DNA from: Eledone cirrhosa
Taxonomy: Eukaryota
Length of the DNA: 64,000 bases
NCBI GenBank assembly: GCA_964016885.1
Contig: OZ024740.1
Location: forward strand, 187,178,001-187,242,000
Direction: 5' to 3'
Shown here: positions 45,760 to 58,738 of the stretch, piece by piece
How the letters are laid out: each line of letters opens with the position of its first letter
How positions within the stretch are numbered: position 1 is the first letter of the stretch
Made by a program: the position numbers and the translations under genes
The notes under the pieces: model-generated
The model's input: only the letters and a program-made list of their open reading frames with translations
What the model was told of the DNA's origin: nothing
Databases searched by the model: none

Positions 45760-46340
45760 GGGTATCTAGTTGCATGTTGACACCCGTGCACATAGTGAAG
45801 AGTGTGTCAGCTGCAGAGATGTGTGCATTGGTCACAAGTGAGAATAATATAGTCATTAATTTGGAGCACCGAGATAGTAAAAGACAATACTGAACCCCGA
45901 AGCACACCACATTTTACAGAATATTGGATGAAGTGAGCCTTGATGACACGCATGACAATGAAGCAATCCAACAAGAATTCTCTGATCTGAGAGGTGAGAT
46001 ACAAGGGAACCCCATAGGCAAGTAATTTACCAAGGATGTTCTCATGCTAAATTTGAACAACAGCTTTGTTAATGTTAAAGATAACATTAATTTTACTATA
46101 GTTCTCAAAAGTGAGCAGCTACTGGTGTATAAGAAAGAATCTCTGGTAGATTTAGCTTTAAGGAGACTTTACTGTACATTGCTGGGGAGGGAAGGAGATT
46201 GAAGTTGATAAAGGAGGATATGTTGGTTAGTCTCATGTCAGTGCAGACTGAGCAGACTTATGATGAAAGGCATTCGAGCTGTGACAATGCCATCTGTACA
46301 ATGTCAAAAGTACTTAAACTACAACAATTACCATCACTGA
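45760..46340 (-). pseudogene. Highly decayed LINE RT fragment (L2/CR1/Jockey-like)
   Basis: YSVKCGVLRGSVLS...QINDY resembles the GVPQGSVL.P.LF..IND motif. Confidence 0.6.
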
Positions 46341-48722
46341 TATTTTTGTATATTGTAAAGCGAAATTTGAAAGCTTTTAAAAACATTTTGTTACCATTGT
46401 AGTGGCTGAGATGGTCGCTTGGTAGCTAGCAGTTGCCTCCCCTTAACAACCCTTCAGGGAAGGGAGGCAAAAATACACCCGGACACAGCCACAGGTTCAC
46501 ACACTCTTTTTGGACCACGGACATGAACAGACGTGGAAAGACCCGCTCCTCAAAATATTGACGTTGTAGGAAATTTACTAAATTATTGCATTAAATAAAA
46601 TGATTGTTAGACTTGATTGTGCATTTATTTATTCGACAAAGAGAAACATCACTTTTCTTTACCATACTTTTAATGAAATACGCTGACTATAATTTTTCAA
46701 TTTTGAAAATAATGAATAATTTGGAGGAGTTTAATATTATTTAACTTTTCATTAATAAGCTCCAACCCATACAAGCATGAAAATGGGTATAGAAATGATG
46801 GTGATGATGATGAAGCTCATGTTTTGAACATTATTTAACAAAGGTTCTTACATAAAATTATGATGGAAAATTTAAATATATATATGAAAAAGATTCCAGG
46901 GGCAGTTTCTAGTGATTTGATATCCAAAAGGTTAATATTATTTCTAGCAGGTATAAAATGACCATATTGAGGCTTCTTTCATTGGCTCATTTTTGAAATG
47001 TTGCTAGTCTGAATTGTAGATTGGTGTAAACAAAAAAAAAAGAAGAAAAAAAGCAATATATAACTTACTCAAATAAAAACAAACTTTTAGAGGAATTCTC
47101 ACTACATCAAGAGAAGATCAACAAGATTAATAACATATTCAAGAATAGAGATGATAGATTCTAGTAAATCAATACATTTCATACAATCTTCAAATATAGT
47201 GAACACTCTCATTTACAAATGGGTCAACACTTCTATGTTATGGCTCACTCTCTCAAATGTAATAGTAAGAAAACAAACTGAATTACATTTTGTACATTCC
47301 AACAGAGAAAGAGATAGAAAGCAATTTGCTACATTTTAAAGTACAAAAATAAAAGAAGAAAAAACAAAACAAAAAAGAAAAAAAGAAACAGTAAGTGCTG
47401 ACCTTGTCTAGAGAATATAAAGATATTGAAATAGAAGGATATAATTTCATGATATTCTAACAGAACAGGTAAAATAAAAACCAAGGCAAAACAACAGGTA
47501 AATAAAAACCCAAACCAATGAGCTATGGGTCCTTCTGATGATTCTCTGATTATGAACAGAACATATATGTGTGTGACCATGTGTGTGTGTAGGCATGTGT
47601 GTATATATTTTGATTTATTAAATTAATGACTATTACAATACAGGTTCTGTTTCCTTCTATAAGAATTTGTCTGAGAGACAAATGAAAGTATATCCCCTCT
47701 ATTTCATGTGTTCAGTGTTTTGCCTTAAACTGTAGTTCCTTCTATTTCAAACAGAAATATTAACAATTATATATCATCATCATCCTTTTATTTTACATGT
47801 TTCAGCCACTTGTGTTCGCAATCCTATTCTATACAGTTACATTGTACAATGTGTCTTATTTCTTAAAGATGCTAGTCTGTGATTTGAGGAATATTTGGTA
47901 GCTCTTTCAAGCAGGATGAACAACCAAATAAGGTTGGGTTGTGATGCATATGACATTGATCACCCAAGTGGATAACAGGTTAACTCATTGTATATATTAT
48001 TTCAGGTGGTCTCACAGCACAACTTGTCATGTTATTGACCTTAAAAAATGTTTCATGTCTGAGGATGCCAATGCTGTCAGCTAGTCCAGATTAAATTTAT
48101 CATTCTATCTCCTACCATATAAATTCTTTTCATCTGCGCTTTTGTTCCAAACATAATTTTTTTTTTCTCTCTTTATATATATATATATATTTCTGTATAT
48201 TATTTATCATTGTTGTTGTTGTAATGGTGATGGTAGTACATTTTTGTTTGTGTGTGACTGAGTGTGTGTGTCTGTATTGCTTGTAATATATGTATCAATT
48301 ATATATAAATGGGTATCTTCTATTGTAATTTCCCACTTCGCTTACATTAATCATATTGCCTGAAATCAAAAAACATATTGCAAAATCATATTTGTGTAGT
48401 CAATGGATTTTCTTTGTACAAAGAACATAGTTTTTGCAGCTGAATTCATACATAAAATACACAGACAGATACACAGACAGACAAACTAATATGAGCATTT
48501 ATCATGGATGTTGATTTGGTCTGTTACAAGATCATACTGAACCTATATATATTCAACATTCTATGTTTCCTCTTAGTCTTTTCCTAGTATCAATTGGCCA
48601 AGGTGGAGCACCTCATTTAAGGGATTTAGTTAATTATACATTCTGAATGTAAAGGGCATAACCAGTCAGAGCAAAATAGCCCAAGATACTTGCTGTCCTA
48701 TACACCTATTTTCCATCCTTTG

Positions 48723-48791
<69 letters not shown>

Positions 48792-48920
48792 TAGATAAGG
48801 GAGTAAGGTTCTATAGAAAACAGAGGTTACAGAGAAAAAGTAGGAAAATATATTTAAACAATCTGAAAAAAAGAAAAATAGATTCTTTAAATATATTTTC
48901 CTTGCTGTTTCCATTCCTTC

Positions 48921-48973
<53 letters not shown>

Positions 48974-48976
48974 TAA

Positions 48977-49007
<31 letters not shown>

Positions 49008-49399
49008 TAATTTGTATATATTAACATATATATATATTTTATGATATATATATATATATATTTAATCTGTTATTTTAATAAATATATATATATATATATG
49101 TTTGAAAAGATGGCGTAGATACAACAGGAGGAACATAATAACACCACTGACAATGTTCCAGATGTGCAACGAAAGAACATTGTTAGACTATATATATATG
49201 TGTTTGTGTATATATTATATCTGTATTTTTGCCCGTCGGTCAGTCAATGGTAAACAATGAGGACCGAATGAATTAATGATATAAAAGATACAGAAGCGAA
49301 AACCAACCAAACAGTGAGTGTGTTCTGTTATTAATTCTGGCAATATTATTACAACAATATGACCCCCCCCCCCCCCCAAGTATAACTATATGTATGTAT

Positions 49400-49657
49400 T
49401 GTTTCCTTGAGCAAGACACTTTATTTCACATTGCTCCAGTTTACTCACCTGTAGAAATGAGATGATAGGACTGGGGTCCCCATCATTTTCCACTGTAAAG
49501 TGGGTAGGCGCCACGGAAAAAAAAGCACCCAGCACTCACTGTAAATGAGGTTGGTGTTAGGAAGGGCATCCAGCTGTAGAAATCAAGCCAGAATCAGTTC
49601 TCGTCCCACCCTTGCAAGCAGCGAAAAGCGGACATAAAATGATGATGATGATGATGA
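49400..49657 (+). mobile_element. 5'-truncated copy of the 5889-6215 SINE with (GAT)n tail
   Basis: Near-colinear with 5970-6215. Confidence 0.8.
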
Positions 49658-49769
49658 TATATATATTACTGCATCCTTGAAAAGGCCTGCTGAGCACACA
49701 AGCCAAAACCGCACCAAGGTCACAAGCTTTTACATATCCCTATGAATAGAAATATATATATATTTGCGA

Positions 49770-50092
49770 GTAGGCACAACGCCAGCAATTACCCAGTACT
49801 TTACTGGTACTTTATTTTATCGACCCCAAAAGGATGAAAGGCAAAGTTAACCCCGGCAGGATTTGAACTCAGTCCGTAAAGGAGCGTAACTATGCTGGAA
49901 AGCATGGCGTCCGACTCTCTACTGATACTGCCAATCCACCGCTTCTCCTTTAGGCACAAGGACAACAATCACCCCCAGTGCATTACTAGTGCTTTATTTT
50001 ATCGACCCCGTAAGTATGAAAGGCAAAGCTAACTTCGGCAGGATTTGAACTCAGAATGTAAAAGGCCATAAAATCTATGCTACAAAGCATAT
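49770..50092 (-). mobile_element. Two tandem Meta-domain SINE copies
   Basis: Both match 33250-33435. Confidence 0.8.
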
Positions 50093-50140
50093 TCATTATT
50101 ATTATTATTATTACTATTAAAATAAAGTACCAGTAAAGTA

Positions 50141-50375
50141 CTTGGTTAACTTAACTATGTATGTAAATATAAGTATGCAAAACTCTAGAATATCAGGACT
50201 TGCCCTTAATAGTAATAATAATAATTATTTCTACTTTAGGCACAAGGCTGGGTAATTGCTGGCCTTGTGCCTAAAGTAGAAATAATTATTATTATTACTA
50301 TTAAGGGCAAGTCATTGTCCTGATACTCTAGAGTTTTGCATACATATATTTACATACATAGTTAAGTTAACCAAG
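50141..50375. repeat. ~110-bp-arm inverted duplication centred on a SINE 3' end (13-bp spacer)
   Basis: cttggttaacttaactatgt...cacaaggc / gccttgtg...acatagttaagttaaccaag; 6-bp indel. Confidence 0.9.
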
Positions 50376-51319
50376 ATGTCTTTCTCAAATCAAATCCTAT
50401 CAATAACCTTGTACACTGATACACAAGCACAGATGGAAACAAACCAATCCACTATAATGTATGTATATAGAATATGGTGTACATATATAGAAACAGAGTG
50501 CATATTTGAAATAACATCTGTTTATATGATTGAGAGGTAACTCAAGTATCTGCTGTTTCACTTTACAACATTGTTATGATGCACTCATATATTATTATCA
50601 CATTCTTCTTTGTATATATGTGCATGTATGTATACTCCAGCATACTGTAGTAATAAGAAGCAGTAAGGTGAAATCCTATTGGGTTTAGAGTTTGGAGAAT
50701 AATTATATTGGTGTTGCGAATAGCCTAAGGTTATGCATGGATGTAGGCAGAATGCTAGAAAAATAATTGAAGTATATACTGATTAAAACATATAGATATA
50801 CTAATCATAACATCATAAATATATTGATGATGCTGGTTAGTACTCCACCACCTTCACCTCATTCTTAGCCATGATTTTGTAGATCTATGATCAAAAATAT
50901 TCCAGCCATGACATTCCAATTATATAACAAGGACAATGTTGTCCAAGGTTTTCGACCTTTTTTAAGATGATCTCAATGGGATTGAGGAAAATTAGGTGGC
51001 TATTTCTAGCAGGTTGAGAAATCACATTGATATTAATGTGAAAGAAGGAAAAAATGGATCTTCATCAATTTTGACAATGAGGAACATTACCATTTTTCAA
51101 CCAATGAAATGGGCTATGCACTATATTACAGTGAAAGTGGTTGAGTATTCCCCAGGCATATGTAAGTTTAATGTATTTCTTAAGTAAAATAAATATGACA
51201 GAATGACAAGGTTAGCCTCTTTGAATTACAAGTACAATCCATCCAATCGACTTTGACAAAGTTTCCATTGACCCAACTCCACTTAAATAGCTTGGGTCAA
51301 ACTGATGCTACATTAAACT

Positions 51320-51830
51320 ATTTATTTATTTAATCAGTCTGTATTGAGCTATAATCCATGGCTTACTAGAGGAGGTATCTAGTACTTATTACAGTTCCGA
51401 AAAATAACACAAGATATACAGAGATAAGTGAATATAAATATTTTTAAAAAATATAATTAAATATAAAATTAAATAGGGCAGGCCAAGGGGGGGGGGGGGA
51501 TAAGCATGAAAATAAGATAAGGAAATAGAAAGATAAAATGGCAAGCAAGGGAAGCTATAAAGCAGCTAGGTAGTGCTGTGGTTGAATGTTTTAGTAACCT
51601 CCATGTACTCAAATATTTTCTTTATAGTTGGTAGATCTTTTACAATATATTTTATCTCTAATTTTTGTGGGTTTTTAATGATTGACTTCAAGATGTCCTC
51701 TCTCATAGAATGATAGTTTTTACATTGAAACAAATAGTGCCAAAGAGTTTCTGAGAAGACACCACATGAATATTGAGGTGATTATCTATGACCGGTTCAT
51801 GATAAAATGTAATTCAATGGTATATATCCA
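51320..51830 (-). mobile_element. Decayed LINE 3' end with CCHC-like knuckle and (TAAA)n tail
   Basis: SPQYSCGVFSETLWHYLFQCKNY on the minus strand; tail ttaaataaataaata. Confidence 0.55.
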
Positions 51831-52374
51831 CTTCAAAGCCTACAAAGTCTCTGTTTTATTAACATTGCTCAGTATGTGATATGTTTTAAATGTTGTCAGA
51901 TCTGGTTGAGAAATTGGAGGATTGAAACACATTCAATAGTTGTATTGAATCCAGAACCACATGATTATAAAGCACGTTTCATAAACATCTATTCTGGTGA
52001 TTTCCTGTTCTTCAGCAATTGGAAAATTCATAAGATACACAGCTAGGTGAGGAGTGGGATATCAAATTCTCACATTGATAGTATTTATATAACTAGCCTA
52101 ATACTTGAAACACTCATCTATTTGCAGATTCATCTAAACTAAACTAGCACAAATATACATATATTATATATATATATATATATTATATATTATATATATA
52201 TATATATATTTAGTTATTGCTCGCACCAACCTGAGGTATATGATTTTTAATGCGAGGAAATACCAATGATGGTTGGAAAATCACTGACGAAGGACTATTT
52301 TTATCATATGTAACCCATGTGCAACCACGCAGTATTCTTCTTTCTTCTCATGTTTGTATATATATATATATATA

Positions 52375-52560
52375 TAATCATTTTATGTCCATTTTTCTAT
52401 GCTAGCTTGGGTTAGGCTAGTTGTCCTGTTGTGGGCAATTCCAGGTCAGGTGACCATGTCTTACTGATACAGAACTGATTTTGGCTTGGTTCATACAGCT
52501 GGATGCCCTGCCTAATGCCAACCTCATTTACAGTGTGGACTGGGTGCATTTTGTCGTGAC
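52375..52560 (-). mobile_element. RTE/SINE-tail fragment
   Basis: cagctggatgccctgcctaatgccaacctcatttacagtg. Confidence 0.65.
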
Positions 52561-52571
52561 ATGTATATATG

Positions 52572-52624
<53 letters not shown>

Positions 52625-52647
52625 GTATATATATATATATGTATATA

Positions 52648-52730
<83 letters not shown>

Positions 52731-53914
52731 ATATTTCCATTTGGCAAATATGATTATTGCATTCTAAACCAAATATATCATTACAAATTCATATCTTTTC
52801 CTGTACTGAAAGAAATTTTGGTTTTAATTATAATGATTCACTATTCGGCGGGATCTAACAATAGGGCCTATGGAGTATCCAGGAGTCAGTAAAATCTGTT
52901 TTATTCAGAAGATACTGTGATGGGCAATTTCAATCATGTCACTGCTTATTACTGGTTCATAGTGCAGGCAATGAATTGGCAGAGTTGTTAAAATTTCAGA
53001 TAGAGTACTTTGTAGTATTCATTCCAATCGGGTCTGCTAAAAAAAAGTACCAGTCTAATATCAGGTTTTGTTCTTCCTCTATATCTCCTTCTCATCTTCT
53101 ATCCTTCTCAGAAGGAAATCTGTCGTATTCAGGCATGGAGAAAAGATAGGCTACATCAGGTTTAAAGGGGCCCTAAAAAAATCTTGTGTCAATACGGTGC
53201 CCCAATGACTCATGCAAAATTACAGATCCGTACCATACCATTCCATCTTTGTTTAATTATGTTCAAGGTCACCATGTTGTAGAAGATATGTTTTGAATTA
53301 AATAAATTGCAAGGTAAAATATCCTGGTGTGAATTCACATTTGCACATCAAAAATGTAGTTTTCTATTTTCCTACATGTATAAACATTGTTACATAAACA
53401 CATATACTTATACAAGCAGAAAACCAACTACAAGTCGGTATTTCTACTCTGTCTGTCTGCCTGTCTGTCTGTCTGTGTCTGTGTGTGTGTGTGTGTGTGT
53501 GTTTCTTCTTAATGTCAGATTAATGAAACAGATTGTTCTAGTCATGAATAGTAGTGGTGGATTTAAAGATGCACTGAGTTGAAGATAAATACTTTCATCC
53601 ACCATTCGCTAGTTTTTGATGGTAAACCTATCCCATCATCCGATGCAACGCCACCACCACCTGTCTTTTTGTAAGGACATAGATCACATGATTAAAGGAA
53701 GATAAATAAAAGTTGTTATTATATCCACTATCTAAATATTATATTAACTCAGCTATTATGCTTTGACTTACAAATGTTTGATCTTATACTGTATATTGGA
53801 GTCATAGGGGCATGGTAGTGGTATATGGCATTTCTTAAGCATTTTATGCCTGCTGGTGCCTAACCCTCTCCAGAGAAGGATAGAAAATGAGAAAGATATG
53901 TAGAAAATAAATAA

Positions 53915-54065
53915 AACCCAGTACCTGACTGGTACATGTTTATCGACTTCGAAAGGAGGAAAAGCAAAGTTGACCTCGGTGCGATTTAAACTCAGACAGC
54001 AGAGAGCCAAAACAAATACAGCAAAGCATTCTATCAGATATTCTAATAGCTCTGCTAATTCGCCG
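53915..54065 (-). mobile_element. Old Meta-domain SINE
   Basis: tatcgacttcgaaaggaggaaaagcaaagttgacctcgg. Confidence 0.65.
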
Positions 54066-54094
54066 TCTTATACAGTATACTTCTATTACATATA

Positions 54095-54324
54095 TTAGCC
54101 CTTTCATTAACATATCTCTAATGAAAGGCACTGACTATGTGTTTCAAATAATTTTGAAAATAATCAAGAATTTGGAGTATTTGGCAAAAATAACTTTCTC
54201 ATTATTAACAAAGGTTCTTATATAAAAAACTATGATAGAAGATTTTCAAAATAAATATAAACATTTAAAATGAACAGTTGTATGAACTAGGAACAATCTT
54301 GGTGGTTTAGTATCAAAAGCGTTA
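54095..54324. mobile_element. Putative piggyBac-type MITE (second copy ~46380-46935)
   Basis: ttagccctttc...aaaagcgttaa ends; internal blocks shared with 46690-46935, which ends aaaaggttaa. Confidence 0.45.
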
Positions 54325-55281
54325 ATGTATCTTGTGAGGTTTATTGAACACTCTGTTTGTTCTGATGACAAGTATTTCATTAGATGCGATTGAGGGAGGA
54401 GCCTGCTTTTGAAATTATCCTGTACATGGCTGAGCATACCATAGACATGTGTAACCTTATCATATTTCTTAGGGGGATTAAGCATGTCAGTGGGGGTTAT
54501 GGCAGATTAAACTCATTTTTGGCAGCTAAATGGACTGGAATAATGTAAAATAAGATATCTTACTCAAGGACACAATGTGCCACAAATTATTGAACTCACA
54601 AACTTATGATCATGAGCTGAATACCATAACCACTAAGCCACATTGTTTGTTATATATAAATTTAAGAACAGTCCTTGAAAATATATGAACAGAATCAAAC
54701 CAAACAGCCAAACAACCAATCAGTTTCTCTAATGTCTTATTTTCTCTTGGCCATGTCTAGTGACATACTAATAACAGCATATAGAAGATGTTCTCATGGT
54801 AATTACTATTTTGTTTTGTTTCATTAAATTTTGGGATTTCTAATAAAGGAAGAATAAAAGAAGAGCAGAGATATTTGCTTCCAGCTGAGAGTCATGCATA
54901 CAAAACTATTGGTAGCTGAAATGTCCAACAACTATAGAAGAAAATAAGCACACACCTACAAACATATTTAATCATCACTTTTACATCCACTTTTCCATGC
55001 TGGTATGAGTTAGACAAAATATCAGACAATATCTTCATTATCTATTGCCTGTGTGTATGTTATATTTATTATATATGTGTTTAGTTTCAGTTGAATAATA
55101 TATACATATATCATCATCCTCATTGTTATATCCACTTTTCCATGGTTGCATGGGTTGGATGGACCCACTTCAGCACAGCATCTCTCCACTTACCTCATTC
55201 TTTTGTCATCTCTTCTGTGACTCTCAGTGAAATGAGATCAGCTCTCATCCACTCTGCCCATATATATACATATATATAAGA

Positions 55282-55469
55282 AAAAGAAATTGAAAATGCC
55301 ACGGGTGTCTTAAGATTTTTTATTTATTTCTTTTACTGATTTCACAGTTCTTATGATTTTCAAAAGTAAAATTGAGATGGAGGGTTTATGTTTCTGTTGT
55401 AGTTTGGCTCGAAACAAGTAAATAAATAAATATTCTTAAAAGATTCCAGTTGCATTTTCAATTTCTTTT
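55282..55469. mobile_element. Solo inverted pLTR of the 39462 PLE family with decayed U3-A8 HHR (55330-55367, minus)
   Basis: Aligns to 39462-39600; IR aaaagaaattgaaaatgc / gcattttcaatttctttt. Confidence 0.7.
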
Positions 55470-55542
55470 CATTATACTTTCACCCATGTAAGACATCTCA
55501 TATTGTTCTTTTTTTTTTCTTTTTTTTTTAAACCCTCATTTT

Positions 55543-55593
<51 letters not shown>

Positions 55594-56139
55594 TCATTAT
55601 CAAATCAAGCCAGGTGACTATGTCTTGCTGATACAGAACTGTTTCTGACTTGGTTTCTATGGCTGGATGCTCTTCCTAGCGCCAAGCACTATTACAGTGT
55701 GGACTGTGTACTGGGTGCATTTTGTTGTGACACCTCGGTGACCACTTTATATATATATATATATACACACTGAAATGTTAATATGTATAAAGATCGTTAG
55801 TTATTTTTTATTTGTTTGCTGATCCTTTTATGTTGGAGACCTACTGAACAGAGAAAGACTATTGATGTGACATACAACAGCCATGATGGTATTTAGAATT
55901 TTCGACGGCGTCGCAAATCAATTATTTGTAATTATGACGCATGTAGAACTATTTACAGAATGACTATTGAGAGACAATGAACAAAGATGTACCCTTTGTG
56001 TACACACAACACCAGTTGAAAGAGTACTTGATGTTTTATGGCCAATAATAATGTGCAAACTACCGAAGCTGTTGGATTCTGTTTGATTGGATTAGCTATT
56101 AATATTAAGTGTATCAGAGAAACTTTACAATGTAGTTGT

Positions 56140-56316
56140 GGTAACAATGGTGATGGTGGTGGTAGTAGTAGTAGCAGTAAAAGTGACGTTGGTGGTGGTG
56201 GTGGTGGAAGTAGTAGTAGCTTGATGGTGATGGTGGTAGTTGTGGTAGGGGTGGTAGAGGTGGTGGCAGTGGCCGTGGTGATGATAGTAGTAGTGGTTGT
56301 GGTAGTAGTAGTATAG
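56140..56316. repeat. (GGT)/(AGT) compound microsatellite
   Basis: Seen directly. Confidence 0.85.
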
Positions 56317-56591
56317 TGATCATGATGAACTGGCTTAACAAACTGTTCATAAACTGCTGATATCCATTCTTATTTTTTGATGATATGGCCAAGAAGGACT
56401 GGGCATAGTAGTTAGTCAGGAGGGCTGCCCAAGTCAAATTTTATTCTTAAATGTGTCGGAAGACCACATATCATTCATAGATTTCATTTTTGGCATGGGT
56501 TCTATGACTGGATGCTCTTCCTAACATCAATCAAATTTACATTATTAACTGAATACATGACACCAGCTGCATTTTATCATGGCACCATATA

Positions 56592-56802
56592 TTGGATTGG
56601 CAGTATCGGTAGTGTGTCAAACAACATGCTTTGTGGCATAGAGTTACAGCCCTTTAAATTGTGTTCAAATCTAACTGAAGTCAGATTTGCCTTTTATCCT
56701 TAAGGGGTCAATAAAATAAAGTACCAGTAATGAATGGGGTCGATTTAATCAACTTACCTTTTCCCCAAAATTGTTGGCCATGTGCCTAAATCAGAAACCA
56801 AT
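56592..56802 (+). mobile_element. Meta-domain tRNA SINE (older subfamily)
   Basis: tggattggcagtatcggtag...gttcaaatc...tttgccttttatccttaaggggtcaataaaataaagtacc. Confidence 0.75.
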
Positions 56803-56934
56803 ATTATTATTATGATCCATACACATAACATGTATTGCACTACATTAAGTTTCAACACAGCACAATACATGTTACATGTATGAATCATAACAATTATAAA
56901 AATAGTGCTCTTTACATATTCCTTCCCATGGACA

Positions 56935-56968
<34 letters not shown>

Positions 56969-56984
56969 ATATATATATATATAT

Positions 56985-58352
56985 GCCCATGGGAACTCCT
57001 ATACGCAGACGACCTGACACTCATAGCGGAATCAATGGCCGAGCTAGAGAAGAAATTCCAAACATGGAAGCACGGCCTAGAGTCAAAAGGACTTAAAATT
57101 AACCTGGCTAAGACCAAAGTACTAGTTTGTAGGAAAGAAAACAAGGCGGCGGTCCCTTCTGGGAAATGGTCGTGCTCGGTGTGTAGGAAAGGCGTAGGTA
57201 GAAACTCCATTTTATGTCCTAAATGCAAAGTATGGGTGCATAAAAGATGTAGTGGGATCACAGGTAAGCTAACTAAGAACATAGATTTTACATGTGGCCG
57301 GTGTTCTGGTGCAATAAGTAGCAGCAAGTGCCCACAAAATACTAGCTCTTCCAATTGCGCAGAGGGTTCTATAGAAATAGTGGACAGCTTCCGTTACCTG
57401 GGCGATAAAATCAGCAGTGGGGGAGGGTGCTCTGAAAGTACTGTAGCTAGAGTCAGAACTGGTTGGAAAAAGTTCAGAGAGCTTATACCACTATTAGCTG
57501 CTAAAGGGTTCTCCCTAAAAATGAAAGGCAGGTTGTACGATGCCTGCATACGAACAGCAATGCTGCATGGCAGTGAGACCTGGGCATTGTGTGCAGAGGA
57601 TATACGCAGACTAGAGAGGAACGAAGCTTGCATGCTCCGCTGGATGTGTAACAGTAATATACGTGAACGGCAAAGCATAAACGAACTAAGGAAAAAATTA
57701 GAGATAAGAGGGATCAGATGTTGTTTACTCGAGAGAAGGCTACGTTGGTATGGACACGTGATGCGCATGAAAGTCGATAGCTGTATAACAAAGTGCAGGG
57801 CAATAAAGATAGACGGTAGTCACGGAATAGGCAGACCTAGAAAAACCTGGGACGAGCTGATAAACTCCGACATCACACACTTACACCTCTCCAAGACAAT
57901 GTCACTGGACCGAGACCTTTGGCGGTACTCAGTAACAGAGAAGACCCGCCTTACCTAAATATATAGTAAAACCTACTCCAGCCAGTAGGCATCTCTAACA
58001 AAATACACCCCGTCCCACCACCCCCACCCCCACCCCATCCACACCACCCCGTTCTATGTAAAGTTATGTTGGTGCCGCGCCATCCAGGCCGAAACAAATG
58101 AGATCGTGTAGGTGTCACGACAAAAAAACACACAGTCCACGCTGTAATGTGGCCGTGTAGGCAACACGGTAAAAACCTCCCAGACCCACACTGTAAATGT
58201 GGTTGGTGTTAGGAAGGGCATCCAACTGTAGAAAACCTGCCAGACAGTCCTATGCGAGAAAGACAATCACTCTTGCCTCAAGTGGGACTACCCCCGTCCA
58301 AACCCATGCAAGCGTGGAACACGGACGTTAAACGTTGATGATGATGATGATG

Positions 58353-58354
<2 letters not shown>
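56985..58354 (+). mobile_element. RTE LINE, longest copy, 5'-truncated at PWELLYADDL, with (GAT)n tail and (TA)n flanks
   Basis: Open ORF to 57958; 3' UTR matches the other copies. Confidence 0.93.
57035..57958 (+). CDS. RTE RT C-terminal ORF containing a PHD-like Cys/His insertion
   Basis: GLKINLAKTK, CSVC..CPKCKVWVHKRC..CGRC, FRYLG, LHGSETW. Confidence 0.85.
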   Translation: MAELEKKFQTWKHGLESKGLKINLAKTKVLVCRKENKAAVPSGKWSCSVCRKGVGRNSILCPKCKVWVHKRCSGITGKLTKNIDFTCGRCSGAISSSKCPQNTSSSNCAEGSIEIVDSFRYLGDKISSGGGCSESTVARVRTGWKKFRELIPLLAAKGFSLKMKGRLYDACIRTAMLHGSETWALCAEDIRRLERNEACMLRWMCNSNIRERQSINELRKKLEIRGIRCCLLERRLRWYGHVMRMKVDSCITKCRAIKIDGSHGIGRPRKTWDELINSDITHLHLSKTMSLDRDLWRYSVTEKTRLT

Positions 58355-58405
<51 letters not shown>

Positions 58406-58424
58406 TCTAAAGTCTGTCTTGAGC

Positions 58425-58690
58425 CCAGAGGCTCATTAGGCTGGTGCTTATCCAGGTTCCCATGACATTAAGTAACTGAGAGTAAATGACTTCCCCTAAA
58501 CAGGACACCATTCCATTGCAGGGTTAAACTCTCAGCTATTGTTGGTACTCATTTTCAGCTGAGTATATTGGAGTAAGTTGAAATTAAGTGTTTTGCTCAA
58601 GAACACAACACACAACTCAGTCCAATAATTGAACGCACAGCATTATGATCCTAAGTCCAACAACCTTTTCTCTAGACCATGTGCCTCCAC
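58425..58690 (-). mobile_element. Old tRNA-derived SINE (related copies ~8420-8620, ~54490-54640)
   Basis: tactcattttcagctgagt..aagtgttttgctcaagaacacaac. Confidence 0.6.
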
Positions 58691-58696
58691 TTAGTA

Positions 58697-58738
<42 letters not shown>

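Noticed and set aside
45920-45993. Apparent AG...GT plus-strand exon (ILDEVSLDD...)
   Set aside because: Lies antisense within a decayed LINE RT fragment
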